A DNA stretch of 64,000 bases, taken from positions 1,749 through 65,748 of the IMG/VR virus record IMGVR_UViG_3300021519_001244. One strand, 5' to 3'. Source of the DNA: a virus. Lineage: Duplodnaviria; Caudoviricetes. Below, piece by piece: positions 19,063 through 28,279 of this stretch. The notes beneath the pieces are model-generated. The model made no database searches and was not told where the DNA came from. It worked only from the letters and a program-made list of their open reading frames with translations. Each line of letters opens with the position of its first letter. Position 1 is the stretch's first letter. A program made the translations under genes and the position numbers.

Positions 19063-21069
19063 ATGAAATTAATAGTAAAGGCCTTGGTGGCCATATCGTT
19101 TTGCTTTGCTACATTAGCAATGGCACAAGATGTAAGTTTTGGTACAGGTGACCTTAACGGTTGGACAGGCGGCCCCAGCGTAGGTACACAAACTGGCCCT
19201 TATGGATCGTCTGGTATTGGTGTTTCTACAGTAAACGGAACACAAACTATTAGTTGTTGCGGAACTAATACTTGGACTATTAGTCCTTACACAGGCAGTT
19301 ACATGGTTGGTATGCAACCGGGTAGTGGATCAAACTACTCAGCAATGACCACAGCACTTGGTCTAAGTAGTACTAGCATCACAGCATTGAATGGTCAAGT
19401 AGCATCCACTGGTGGTAGTATTACTAGTACAGCATGGATCGCTAAAGACTTTACCTTTTCTGCAGGTACAACATTTAAAATGGCATGGGTCTACACAAGT
19501 ACAGACTATGTTCCATTCAATGACGGGTCGTTAGCTACATTAGTTAATAAAACTTCAGCTACAACATTTGGTACAATTAATGGTGTAAGTGCTCAATATA
19601 TTTTATTGGGTGCTACTAATCCAGGAACAGGAAACTATTCAACAGGTAGTTATGGTTCAACTGGATGGCAACAGATTAATTACAGTATTACTACTGCCGG
19701 TGATTATAAAGTAGGTTTTGGTGTATTCAACCAAGGCGATACTGCATTAAGTCCTGTGTTGTTTGTCAATGACAACTTAGGCACAGTAAATAAAAATGGA
19801 ACACTATTTGGTGCAGTTGCATCAAATGACCCAACAATGCCAAGTGGTGGCGGCACGCCAACAGTAACAGGTACGACCACAACAAACTCTGTAACAACAA
19901 ATAGTGTTAACGGCACTTCGTCAGTTGCGACTGTTGTTGCCTACGGAGTTACAGCCACAGCAATTGATTTGGCAAATAGTCGTGGTTCACAAACAGCACA
20001 AAAGTTAACAGTTACTCAGACAACAACAGTAACAAATGAAACTCCTGTGGCTATTACAACCACAACCACAACTCCAGTAACTACCACTACAACAACTACC
20101 CCTGTGACAGTTACCGCCTACAGTGACGGTACATCAACAACTACCAATGGTACTGCTGTTGTAACCGTGGCAACTACCAACACAGTTACGTCAAATACTA
20201 TCAACGGTATAGAAATTGATCAAACACAAAATAACAAAGACTATTCAACACGTATTGATATGTACAACGAATTAAAATCTGCTAACAGTATGGTTAACTT
20301 AGCAATGAATAGTGATCCGTTAAGTCGTAGTAGTGTCAATGACGGGCGTATTAGTTTACGTAACGGCAAAGATACTGATTTTTATGTAACAGGTATTGGT
20401 TCAAAGTCAAACACAACAAATACGTATGCAACTAAAACTGGTATTGTTGGTGTTGGTTACGAAAAGTTAATTGATCCGACGATGTTGGTTGGAGTACAAT
20501 ATAACCATAGTAATACAACCATGAACGGCAACGAAGCCGGCGGTAGTTTTAACAAAGACATGGCTGGCGTATATGCTGTTAAAACAATCAAAGACTGGAT
20601 TATTAAAAGTGACATAGGAGTTGCAACTAATCAGTATAATGCATACCATACACTGAACGCTTTGGGATTAGGTAATAGTTCAACGGTCAACGGTCAAGAT
20701 CGATGGGTGGCTGTACGCGGATATAGTCCGGCAGTAAATGGCTTCCGTCCGTTTGTTGGTACTCGTTTTGAGCACAACCAAATTGGCGGAACTAGAGAAT
20801 CAGGTAGTGCCGTAAGTGCAATGACCTATGATCCAACAGCCACAAAAACATACTCTGGTGAAGCTGGTGTAGCATATAACAAATACTTTGATAATAAATG
20901 GAGTCTAGGTGCCGAAGCTGGGCAAACTACAAAAAATGTAAAAACCATTATGGGTACAGCCAGTTACAAAACTACAGACAATACCAACGTATTATTAAAA
21001 GTTGGTACGCAGATGAAAGACTCTGTTGTTAGTAACTCTGCACAAGCATATTTGCGTGTAGTGTTTTAA
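19063..21069 (+). CDS. autotransporter-like outer-membrane protein (passenger, Thr-rich stalk, beta-barrel)
   Basis: Signal peptide, beta-rich passenger, poly-Thr stalk, amphipathic beta strands, C-terminal YLRVVF. Confidence 0.75.
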   Translation: MKLIVKALVAISFCFATLAMAQDVSFGTGDLNGWTGGPSVGTQTGPYGSSGIGVSTVNGTQTISCCGTNTWTISPYTGSYMVGMQPGSGSNYSAMTTALGLSSTSITALNGQVASTGGSITSTAWIAKDFTFSAGTTFKMAWVYTSTDYVPFNDGSLATLVNKTSATTFGTINGVSAQYILLGATNPGTGNYSTGSYGSTGWQQINYSITTAGDYKVGFGVFNQGDTALSPVLFVNDNLGTVNKNGTLFGAVASNDPTMPSGGGTPTVTGTTTTNSVTTNSVNGTSSVATVVAYGVTATAIDLANSRGSQTAQKLTVTQTTTVTNETPVAITTTTTTPVTTTTTTTPVTVTAYSDGTSTTTNGTAVVTVATTNTVTSNTINGIEIDQTQNNKDYSTRIDMYNELKSANSMVNLAMNSDPLSRSSVNDGRISLRNGKDTDFYVTGIGSKSNTTNTYATKTGIVGVGYEKLIDPTMLVGVQYNHSNTTMNGNEAGGSFNKDMAGVYAVKTIKDWIIKSDIGVATNQYNAYHTLNALGLGNSSTVNGQDRWVAVRGYSPAVNGFRPFVGTRFEHNQIGGTRESGSAVSAMTYDPTATKTYSGEAGVAYNKYFDNKWSLGAEAGQTTKNVKTIMGTASYKTTDNTNVLLKVGTQMKDSVVSNSAQAYLRVVF

Positions 21070-21088
21070 TAGTTTACTTTGGTAAAAT

Positions 21089-21114
21089 AAAAAAGCACCC
21101 TCGGGTGCTTTTTT
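21089..21114 (+). terminator. intrinsic (bidirectional) terminator
   Basis: AAAAAAGCACCC-TC-GGGTGCTTTTTT. Confidence 0.85.
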
Positions 21115-21119
21115 GTTAA

Positions 21120-21137
21120 TTGTAACACAACTGTAAT
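21120..21137 (+). promoter_or_regulatory. Pho box (PhoB site)
   Basis: TTGTAAC-ACAA-CTGTAAT, an 11-bp-periodic match to CTGTCAT-N4-CTGTCAT, upstream of pstS. Confidence 0.6.
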
Positions 21138-21191
21138 AATAGCGGCCTTAAATAATGTTGTGCATTCGCACATTAACTTAAGGAGTTCAAA

Positions 21192-22178
21192 TTGAAAAAA
21201 TTATTGGCTATGTTATTGGTAACACTGGCTGTATCGGCACAGGCACAACCAGTTATTAACGGAGCAGGCGCAACTTTCCCAGCACCAGTTTACAGTAAAT
21301 GGGCTGGAGAGTATCACAGAGAAACTGGCATCAAAATTAACTATCAAGCAATTGGATCTGGTGGCGGCATAAAACAAATTGAAGCAAAGACTGTAGATTT
21401 TGGCGCATCAGATGATCCAATGTCAGCGGATGAGGTGAAAGCAAAAGGGTACTATCAATTTCCAGCAGTCATTGGCGGCGTAGTTCCTGTTATTAACGTT
21501 AAAGGGATTGAGCCCGGACAGTTAGTTTTAGACGGCAAAACATTAGCAGATATTTTTCAAGGCAAAATTACTAACTGGAATGATCCTGCTATTAAGAAAC
21601 TAAATCCTAAACTAGCATTGCCAGATCTGGCACTGACCAGGGTAGTCCGTGCAGATGCCAGTGGCACTACAGCAGTATTTACAGACTACCTATGTCAAGT
21701 AAGTGAAGACTTTAAAACTGTAATTGGTACTAATAAAACAATTAGTTGGAAAACTGGTAATACAACAGCAGGTAAAGGCAATGCTGGTGTTGCAGCGTTT
21801 GTGCAACAAATACAAGGTACAATTGGTTATGTAGAATATGCTTATGTTAAACAAGCAAAGATGACATACGTTGGTATGCTTAATCGAGGTAAAGTAGTAC
21901 ATCCAGATGACACTACATTTGCTGAAGCCGCCCAAGGTGTAAATTGGAACATACCAGGAATGGCAGTTAACTTAAATAATCAAAGTAAAGGTTGGCCAAT
22001 TACTTCTGCAACTTTTGTAATTATATACAAAGGAAGCGATAAGTCAGATCCTGTAATTAAGTTCTACGATTGGGCATTTAGTAAAGGTGACAAACTAGCA
22101 TTAGAATTAGACTATGTTCCATTGCCATCGGCGGTGAAAGCACAGATACGTAAAGACTGGAAAACGCTGGGTTACTAG
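21192..22178 (+). CDS. pstS: phosphate ABC transporter substrate-binding protein
   Basis: GAGATFPAP, YQAIGSGGG, VDFGASD, RADASGTT, GKGNAGV, IGYVE, WPIT. Confidence 0.95.
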   Translation: MKKLLAMLLVTLAVSAQAQPVINGAGATFPAPVYSKWAGEYHRETGIKINYQAIGSGGGIKQIEAKTVDFGASDDPMSADEVKAKGYYQFPAVIGGVVPVINVKGIEPGQLVLDGKTLADIFQGKITNWNDPAIKKLNPKLALPDLALTRVVRADASGTTAVFTDYLCQVSEDFKTVIGTNKTISWKTGNTTAGKGNAGVAAFVQQIQGTIGYVEYAYVKQAKMTYVGMLNRGKVVHPDDTTFAEAAQGVNWNIPGMAVNLNNQSKGWPITSATFVIIYKGSDKSDPVIKFYDWAFSKGDKLALELDYVPLPSAVKAQIRKDWKTLGY

Positions 22179-22240
22179 TTTTTAACTAAATAATTATGCG
22201 GGCACAAGATAAGGTGTCGTGGGAATCCGTAATCCACACT

Positions 22241-22263
22241 GGACCACAAGCGGGTCCTTTTTT
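22241..22263 (+). terminator. intrinsic terminator
   Basis: GGACC-ACAAGCG-GGTCC followed by T6. Confidence 0.55.
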
Positions 22264-22280
22264 AACGACTAAATATTTGT

Positions 22281-22931
22281 ATGAAGCCGCAAATTGCATT
22301 ATTCATAAATCACCCAGAATGTAGTCAAGACTGTTGTGATGCTATGATTTATGCCCTTGAGCCACGCTACAATGTCAGACTGTTCACTAAAGAAGAAGTT
22401 AGTGCAACAACGCTAACCGGGGTAGATGTTATTGCATTTCCCGGGGGTATCGGCGACTCGGACAGTTATGATAAATTCTTTAGGCGCAAAGCCGAAAATA
22501 TAATAGCAGACTACGTTGCCAATGGTGGTAGGTACCTGGGAATCTGCATGGGCGCATATTGGGCCGCAAAACAGTATTTTGACATATTAGATGGAGTTGA
22601 CGCGGTACAATATATTAAACGTCCAGGCGCCGATATACGCAGAAGTTACGGTACTGTGGCGCCGATTCTATGGAATAATGCACCAGAAGACATGTATTTT
22701 TACGATGGGTGTGCCTTAGTAGGTGATCCAGCTACATTTGACACAATTGCTACGTATGCGAATGGCGATCCAATGGCAATTATACAGAATAGGATTGGAA
22801 TAATTGGGTGTCACCCTGAAAGTTCTAAATATTGGTATGAAGAGCCATGGGATTATCTAGCACCAAAATGGCATCAAGAAAGACATCATACCTTATTGGC
22901 TGACTTCGTGGATACTTTAATGCTAAAATAA
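22281..22931 (+). CDS. class I glutamine-amidotransferase-like (BPL_N) protein
   Basis: FPGG, GGRYLGICMGAY (nucleophile Cys), GCHPE. Confidence 0.8.
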   Translation: MKPQIALFINHPECSQDCCDAMIYALEPRYNVRLFTKEEVSATTLTGVDVIAFPGGIGDSDSYDKFFRRKAENIIADYVANGGRYLGICMGAYWAAKQYFDILDGVDAVQYIKRPGADIRRSYGTVAPILWNNAPEDMYFYDGCALVGDPATFDTIATYANGDPMAIIQNRIGIIGCHPESSKYWYEEPWDYLAPKWHQERHHTLLADFVDTLMLK

Positions 22932-22938
22932 ATACCTT

Positions 22939-24954
22939 ATGCTGAAAAAAATCCTAACAAGTCCGTGGACTGCCCTAATTACATTAGCACTTATATTAAG
23001 TATAAGAATTGCCGATCCTGTCTTTGTAGAAAGTATAAGATTACGCTATTTTGATACCTTAGTAACAAGTAAAGCATCAGAAACAATTGGTGTGAGCATA
23101 GTAAACATTGATGAGAAATCATTGGAAAAATATGGTCAATTCCCGTTCCCCCGCGATATATACGGATCCATTATTCGGGATCTTTATCGTCGTAATGCTG
23201 GCCTTGTGGTGTTTAACATTCTTACTCCAGATCGCGATCGACTTGGAAAAGACTCGGAATATGTTCGAGCATTAAAACAATTCCCAACAATATTACCAAG
23301 CATTGGCTCCACTGCAACACGAAACAATCCTCGAGCCCCGGGTAGTGCTGTAATTGGAAGTTTTAATCAAGATGCATTTATACAATATCCCGGAATTATT
23401 GCTAACTTACCAGCAGTTGAAAATGCAGCCGCGGGCGTTGGTATTACAAATACGTTGCCCGAGGTAGATGGTGTTGTACGCAGAATGCCTTTGATAATAG
23501 CGCACGATGGTAAATTATATCCCAGCCTGGCAATGGAAACATTACGTGTTGCGGGCGCCGACTCAACGGTGCAGATTAAAGTTAATGCCAACGGCGTTGA
23601 GAAAATGCGTATTCCAAAGTTTGGTCCAGTTACTACAGATAGTTTATCCCGTATATGGATTGACTGGAGTTTAGAACCAACAAAATATAGTTTAACAGAT
23701 TTACCCAAGGACTTTAGGGGTGAAATTGTTATCGTTGGTGTAAGCGCACAAGGATTGAGTAATCCAGTGGCAACAAGCAAAGGTGAGCTGTTACCGCAGG
23801 AATTGCAAGCGGCAGTATTAGGTACAGTAATAGCCAATAAAGATAGATCGGTTATTACAAGGCCGGACTGGGCCGACGGAGCAGAAATGTTGGCGTTGGT
23901 AGTTATAGGAATAGTTTTACTTTTTTTAACAAGGTGGACTTATGTTGGAATTGTTTCCGGTGCTTTGGTTATTGGTGGTTTGTACCCTGCTAGTCAGTAT
24001 TTGTATTCGAACAATAGCTGGTTGGTTGATATTACTATCCTTATCAGCGGCCTTATATTGGTTATGCTTCATGCATACGGTGTTAAGTTCGTAAGTGAGT
24101 TTTTACAAAAGCAACAGATAAAGAAACAATTTGGTACATACCTAAGCCCAGACTTAGTGGCGCAGTTACAGCGACAGCCAGAACTATTGCAGTTAGGTGG
24201 CGACAGTCGTGAACTATCAATCATGTTTACAGACGTTCGTGGCTTTACAAGTATTAGTGAGCACTACGGTGCCGATGTACAAGGCCTTACTAAGATCATG
24301 AATCGCTATATGACTGCAATGACTAAGAAGATCCTGGAAAACAAGGGTACTCTTGATAAGTACATTGGTGATGCACAAATGGCATTTTGGAATGCGCCGT
24401 TGATAGATGCCAATCACGCTAAAAATGCTGTAAGAACAGCATTACAGATGATGGAGTCGTTAGATGAGTTTAATAAAGAAGTTGTGGCAGAAGGAGTACC
24501 ACCTTTTGGAATGGGCCTTGGCATTAACACAGGCGTTGTTGTCGTTGGTAACATGGGTAGCGATCAACGCTTTGACTATACTTGCTTGGGTGATAGTGTT
24601 AATCTTGCAAGTCGCCTCGAAGGGCAATCGAAAAATTATGGAGTTCGTATTGTACTTGGGCCAGAAACAGCAAAGCAGGTGCAGGATGAATATCCAGTCT
24701 TTGAAATGGACTGTATCGCAGTTAAAGGAAAAAAAGAAGGTGTAAGAATTTTTACTCTGTCTGAACAGACACAGGCACAAAACGTTTTCTTATATTGGTA
24801 CTATGAAGGTGTGTGGGAAGATGCATTACGTATTGCTAAACAAGAAGTAAAGAATAATAAAGAAATGTCCCATTACTACGAGCTAATGGTTGAGAGATTA
24901 GAAGAAGGAAAACCCAATGACTGGCACGGTACCTACGTTGCAACTTCTAAATAA
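22939..24954 (+). CDS. CHASE2-domain class III adenylate cyclase
   Basis: IVNIDEKSL..GQFPFPR, DGVVRR, three TM helices, FTDVRGFT, LDKYIGDA, GINTG..VVGNMG, YTCLGDSVNLASRLEG. Confidence 0.92.
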   Translation: MLKKILTSPWTALITLALILSIRIADPVFVESIRLRYFDTLVTSKASETIGVSIVNIDEKSLEKYGQFPFPRDIYGSIIRDLYRRNAGLVVFNILTPDRDRLGKDSEYVRALKQFPTILPSIGSTATRNNPRAPGSAVIGSFNQDAFIQYPGIIANLPAVENAAAGVGITNTLPEVDGVVRRMPLIIAHDGKLYPSLAMETLRVAGADSTVQIKVNANGVEKMRIPKFGPVTTDSLSRIWIDWSLEPTKYSLTDLPKDFRGEIVIVGVSAQGLSNPVATSKGELLPQELQAAVLGTVIANKDRSVITRPDWADGAEMLALVVIGIVLLFLTRWTYVGIVSGALVIGGLYPASQYLYSNNSWLVDITILISGLILVMLHAYGVKFVSEFLQKQQIKKQFGTYLSPDLVAQLQRQPELLQLGGDSRELSIMFTDVRGFTSISEHYGADVQGLTKIMNRYMTAMTKKILENKGTLDKYIGDAQMAFWNAPLIDANHAKNAVRTALQMMESLDEFNKEVVAEGVPPFGMGLGINTGVVVVGNMGSDQRFDYTCLGDSVNLASRLEGQSKNYGVRIVLGPETAKQVQDEYPVFEMDCIAVKGKKEGVRIFTLSEQTQAQNVFLYWYYEGVWEDALRIAKQEVKNNKEMSHYYELMVERLEEGKPNDWHGTYVATSK

Positions 24955-25062
24955 GTATTATATTCAGCCATATAAGGATTATCAAACGTGGCTAATGGTT
25001 ATTATGATACGCCCGTACTACCCTGGCATAATGATGCAGGGTTGGCTAAACTATCATCTAAT

Positions 25063-25773
25063 TTAATTTGTATCTTTTACTTTTGCTAGTCTTAAGAATT
25101 GTAAGAGATTAATATAAAACCAACCAATATCAAATTCAAACCATCTTAAACTAAGTCGTGGGCTGGCAGGAGCCAGATGATGATTATTGTGAAGTTCTTC
25201 CCCACCAATGATAATTCCCCAAGGGGAGATGTTTCTTGATGCATCGGCTGTTGGACCGTTGCGATATCCCCACCAGTGTGCAAGTCCGTTTACTACGCCA
25301 GCAGCCCAGAACGGTATCCATATCATTTGAATACCCCAAATTAATAATCCCCATTCGCCAAACAACGAAGTATTGATAAACAACATTGTTAGAATGCCTA
25401 CCCTACTATGCGTTGAGTAGATGTTTCTTTCCATCCAATCATCGGGGGTACCAACACCGTATTGGTTAACCATTTTTGTGTCTTTGCTTGCGGTATGATA
25501 TAAACCGGCACCTTTAAACAATACTTGCCAAATACCATATACATGCGGACTATGTGGGTCGCCTTCTTTATCGCTGAATCTATGATGCTTGCGATGTATG
25601 GCCACCCATTGCTTAGTAACCATGCCGGTTGTGAGCCACAGCCATGCACGAAAAAAATGTGCTATAACTGGATTAAACTCTACTGATCTGTGTGCTTGAC
25701 CGCGGTGCAAAAATAAGGTAACGGAAACAATGGTGATGTGTGTCATCACGAGGAGGTATATAATTTCTATCAT
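25063..25773 (-). CDS. desA: membrane fatty-acid (acyl-CoA, delta-9-like) desaturase
   Basis: His boxes LHRGQAH, HRKHH, GEELHNNHH; DPHSP. Confidence 0.9.
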   Translation of the reverse strand: MIEIIYLLVMTHITIVSVTLFLHRGQAHRSVEFNPVIAHFFRAWLWLTTGMVTKQWVAIHRKHHRFSDKEGDPHSPHVYGIWQVLFKGAGLYHTASKDTKMVNQYGVGTPDDWMERNIYSTHSRVGILTMLFINTSLFGEWGLLIWGIQMIWIPFWAAGVVNGLAHWWGYRNGPTADASRNISPWGIIIGGEELHNNHHLAPASPRLSLRWFEFDIGWFYINLLQFLRLAKVKDTN

Positions 25774-25786
25774 TTATATACTTATG

Positions 25787-26128
25787 TTAGCCGTTTCCGC
25801 TTGCAGCTTCTTTATCATCCCCGGTAGATTTTCTAAAAGTTTTTTCGGATTCCTGATCAACCTTGTGTGCCTCAAGCACACGATCACTTTCAATTACTTT
25901 ACCACGTAGATGTAGCACAGTATTAACTTTTTGATTTAATCGTATTAAATCGTTATCAAGCATACGTATGCGATCAATAAGAGCGATAAGAACAGAATTA
26001 GCATCACTGATAACTGGTTTAATTTCAGTGGTTGCCCAAGTCCATACATACTTAATGATAAATCCCATTCCAACTGCCATGACAATTGGAAAGCCATATT
26101 TGTTTACTAGTTCAACAATATTTCCCAT
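25787..26128 (-). CDS. small membrane protein (GFPI motif plus coiled coil)
   Basis: YGFPIVMAVGMG TM; paralogous to 26698..26979. Confidence 0.7.
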   Translation of the reverse strand: MGNIVELVNKYGFPIVMAVGMGFIIKYVWTWATTEIKPVISDANSVLIALIDRIRMLDNDLIRLNQKVNTVLHLRGKVIESDRVLEAHKVDQESEKTFRKSTGDDKEAASGNG

Positions 26129-26299
26129 TTAGCTATACCCCGTAAAGAAACCAATGATAAAACCAACAGCAAGAGCAACACTGGCTATCCTGGCAACATC
26201 ACGGTCGTGCCAAATTGGTTGATTACTTAAATATTCTTGTGTGTGCTTAGGGAGGCTATCCCACCATTTTGCCCATTTATCTTCTTTGAAAAATTTCAT
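26129..26299 (-). CDS. small membrane protein (56 aa)
   Basis: MKFFKEDKWAKWW...IIGFFTGYS; AGGAG SD; fills the gap exactly. Confidence 0.6.
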   Translation of the reverse strand: MKFFKEDKWAKWWDSLPKHTQEYLSNQPIWHDRDVARIASVALAVGFIIGFFTGYS

Positions 26300-26508
26300 T
26301 GTAGTTCTCCTTGATAATTTTCTGTTATATTACTAAACCCTCTTACAAACTTTTCCACAGGGTTTATCTTGAGTAGGCTAGCTTTTCCGTTAACTTTAAC
26401 TAATTTAAATATGTCTCCTTCTTCCCAACCCAACCCATCTATGTTTAATTCTTCATCAAACATAATTGCACCGGGCTCCAAGTCCCACGTATAATCAATG
26501 TATCGCAT
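26296..26508 (-). CDS. hypothetical protein
   Basis: GGAGG SD before MRYIDYTWDL. Confidence 0.6.
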   Translation of the reverse strand: MRYIDYTWDLEPGAIMFDEELNIDGLGWEEGDIFKLVKVNGKASLLKINPVEKFVRGFSNITENYQGELQ

Positions 26509-26698
26509 AATTGCCTCCCTCCACAACAGCAGGGCAACAATCATGCCACTTTAATAGAAACTCAGTTAGCAGTAGACCGTCGGGTATCCAAAACCGTGTA
26601 CGATTTAGATGTGGTTCATATTTAACGTTGTTGACAGTTAGCCAGTGGGCAACCGCCATAAAATTAGGATCTTGTGTGTATACGCAGTACTGTTGCAT
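26495..26698 (-). CDS. hypothetical protein
   Basis: Coupled ORF within the minus-strand operon. Confidence 0.6.
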   Translation of the reverse strand: MQQYCVYTQDPNFMAVAHWLTVNNVKYEPHLNRTRFWIPDGLLLTEFLLKWHDCCPAVVEGGNYAIH

Positions 26699-26979
26699 TA
26701 GTCTCTCCTTGCATCATTCTTGCCATCTGCACGGGCAATACGATCAACATCGGGTTTAAGACCTAATGCGTTGGATACAATCATGTCAATACGGACTACG
26801 TCATGATTCATAGTCTTAACACGATTATCTAATGCGGTAATAATACCGGCCATGCCTTTAACAGCACTAAGGACTCCGGCTAAAAGTAATTTAATTGTTA
26901 GGTATACGAAGTAACCACCAGCGAGTGCGGCAGCAATTGGAAATCCGAGATCTCCAATGATCTTGAAAATATCATTCAT
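26698..26979 (-). CDS. small membrane protein (GFPI motif plus coiled coil)
   Basis: LGFPIAAALAGG TM; AGGAG SD; TAAATA upstream on minus strand. Confidence 0.7.
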   Translation of the reverse strand: MNDIFKIIGDLGFPIAAALAGGYFVYLTIKLLLAGVLSAVKGMAGIITALDNRVKTMNHDVVRIDMIVSNALGLKPDVDRIARADGKNDARRD

Positions 26980-27026
26980 ACTAGCTCCTTGATGACGGCT
27001 TATGCCGTTCTATCTTATGCTAGTAT

Positions 27027-28277
27027 TTATTGTAAGAGTCTATTTTTTACTTCTTCTAAATACCCAGCAGGGAAATCAATACGTTGATGAAATCTGCTAT
27101 GATTATTTGGTTCGCGCCCGTTATTGATACGGCCTATTATTCCATCAAAATTATCAACCAACTCGTTAACAATAAGTTTTTTAAAATTGCCATAAAAATG
27201 TTGAAAGTTATATTCTAATACTTCTTGCATTTCCATATGCATCTGTTTAAGTGCAACAGGAGACAATGCACACAGTTTAGCAATTTCCGCTGTAATTTTT
27301 TCTATGCGTATATAATGGTCTTCTTCTAAATCGTAGCTTTCGTCTATCCAGCGATCAAAAGTTTTAAATCCATAGCTTTTTAAATAAGCAAGATTCCCAG
27401 GAGCCGCAACAAGTATAAAAGGTCTCTTGGCAACAATAGGTTTAAAAATCTTTTCTGTTAAATGTAGCTTAGGTAGAAAATATACAGTTTCAGTTACTAT
27501 GTGCCATAGAGCACTTGTAAGTTGTTTTATATCAACTGTTGCGCTCATTGAACCGGTTGGATCTTTGGTGTCAATTATTAAAGGTTCCGTTATATCTTTT
27601 AATACATTATGAATATGTACGCGAGCACGATTATCCAATGGTGTAGTTGAATCTTCAATTACATCTTTCCATGTGCCGTGCTCATCCTTGAGGAAAAAAC
27701 TAACATAACCATGTTTGGTCAAATCTTGTGCTATTAGATTACTAACCAGGTGTAGTCGATATGAACGATATTTTGATATCAGATGATTGTAGCATATAAA
27801 TACTTTATCAAATTGATTAAATGAATCTTGTCGAATATATTGAAAATCCCTGTACCAATCTAATGCTGCAAATCCGTGAAAAAAATAGTACCAGTCGTAG
27901 TAGTCACGTTCTTTTAAAAACTGATGCTTAAATTCAGATTTTTCACTATTAGCAAACAGACGATATCGTCGTCCGTTGTTCCAAATTGGTTGGCCAGCCG
28001 CTACTTCGGTATCAAGTACAATTTGTTTGGTAAACTGATATAGTGGTTCCTGATCAAAAAAGTAACAATGAGTAAATGCCTTAATTTGGTCCAACGATTT
28101 TCTAATGCCAATACATGTATAATCATCTGTTCGATATGTTTGGCCGTGTTCGGTGTCGGATAGTACTAAAAACACTTGGTACGTACCAAACGGATAAAAG
28201 TAAAAAGACATTCCATTTTTAAGTGGGAAGATCAAGTTATTATGAAGAATATTGTAGAATCTATCTAAGGAGAACAT
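27027..28277 (-). CDS. conserved phage protein, putative glycosyltransferase-like
   Basis: IVTET...LTEKIFKPI..RPFI...L-YLKSYGFKTFD-WIDESYD, reminiscent of the GT10 TEK motif; paralog at 33960. Confidence 0.55.
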   Translation of the reverse strand: MFSLDRFYNILHNNLIFPLKNGMSFYFYPFGTYQVFLVLSDTEHGQTYRTDDYTCIGIRKSLDQIKAFTHCYFFDQEPLYQFTKQIVLDTEVAAGQPIWNNGRRYRLFANSEKSEFKHQFLKERDYYDWYYFFHGFAALDWYRDFQYIRQDSFNQFDKVFICYNHLISKYRSYRLHLVSNLIAQDLTKHGYVSFFLKDEHGTWKDVIEDSTTPLDNRARVHIHNVLKDITEPLIIDTKDPTGSMSATVDIKQLTSALWHIVTETVYFLPKLHLTEKIFKPIVAKRPFILVAAPGNLAYLKSYGFKTFDRWIDESYDLEEDHYIRIEKITAEIAKLCALSPVALKQMHMEMQEVLEYNFQHFYGNFKKLIVNELVDNFDGIIGRINNGREPNNHSRFHQRIDFPAGYLEEVKNRLLQ

Positions 28278-28279
28278 TA

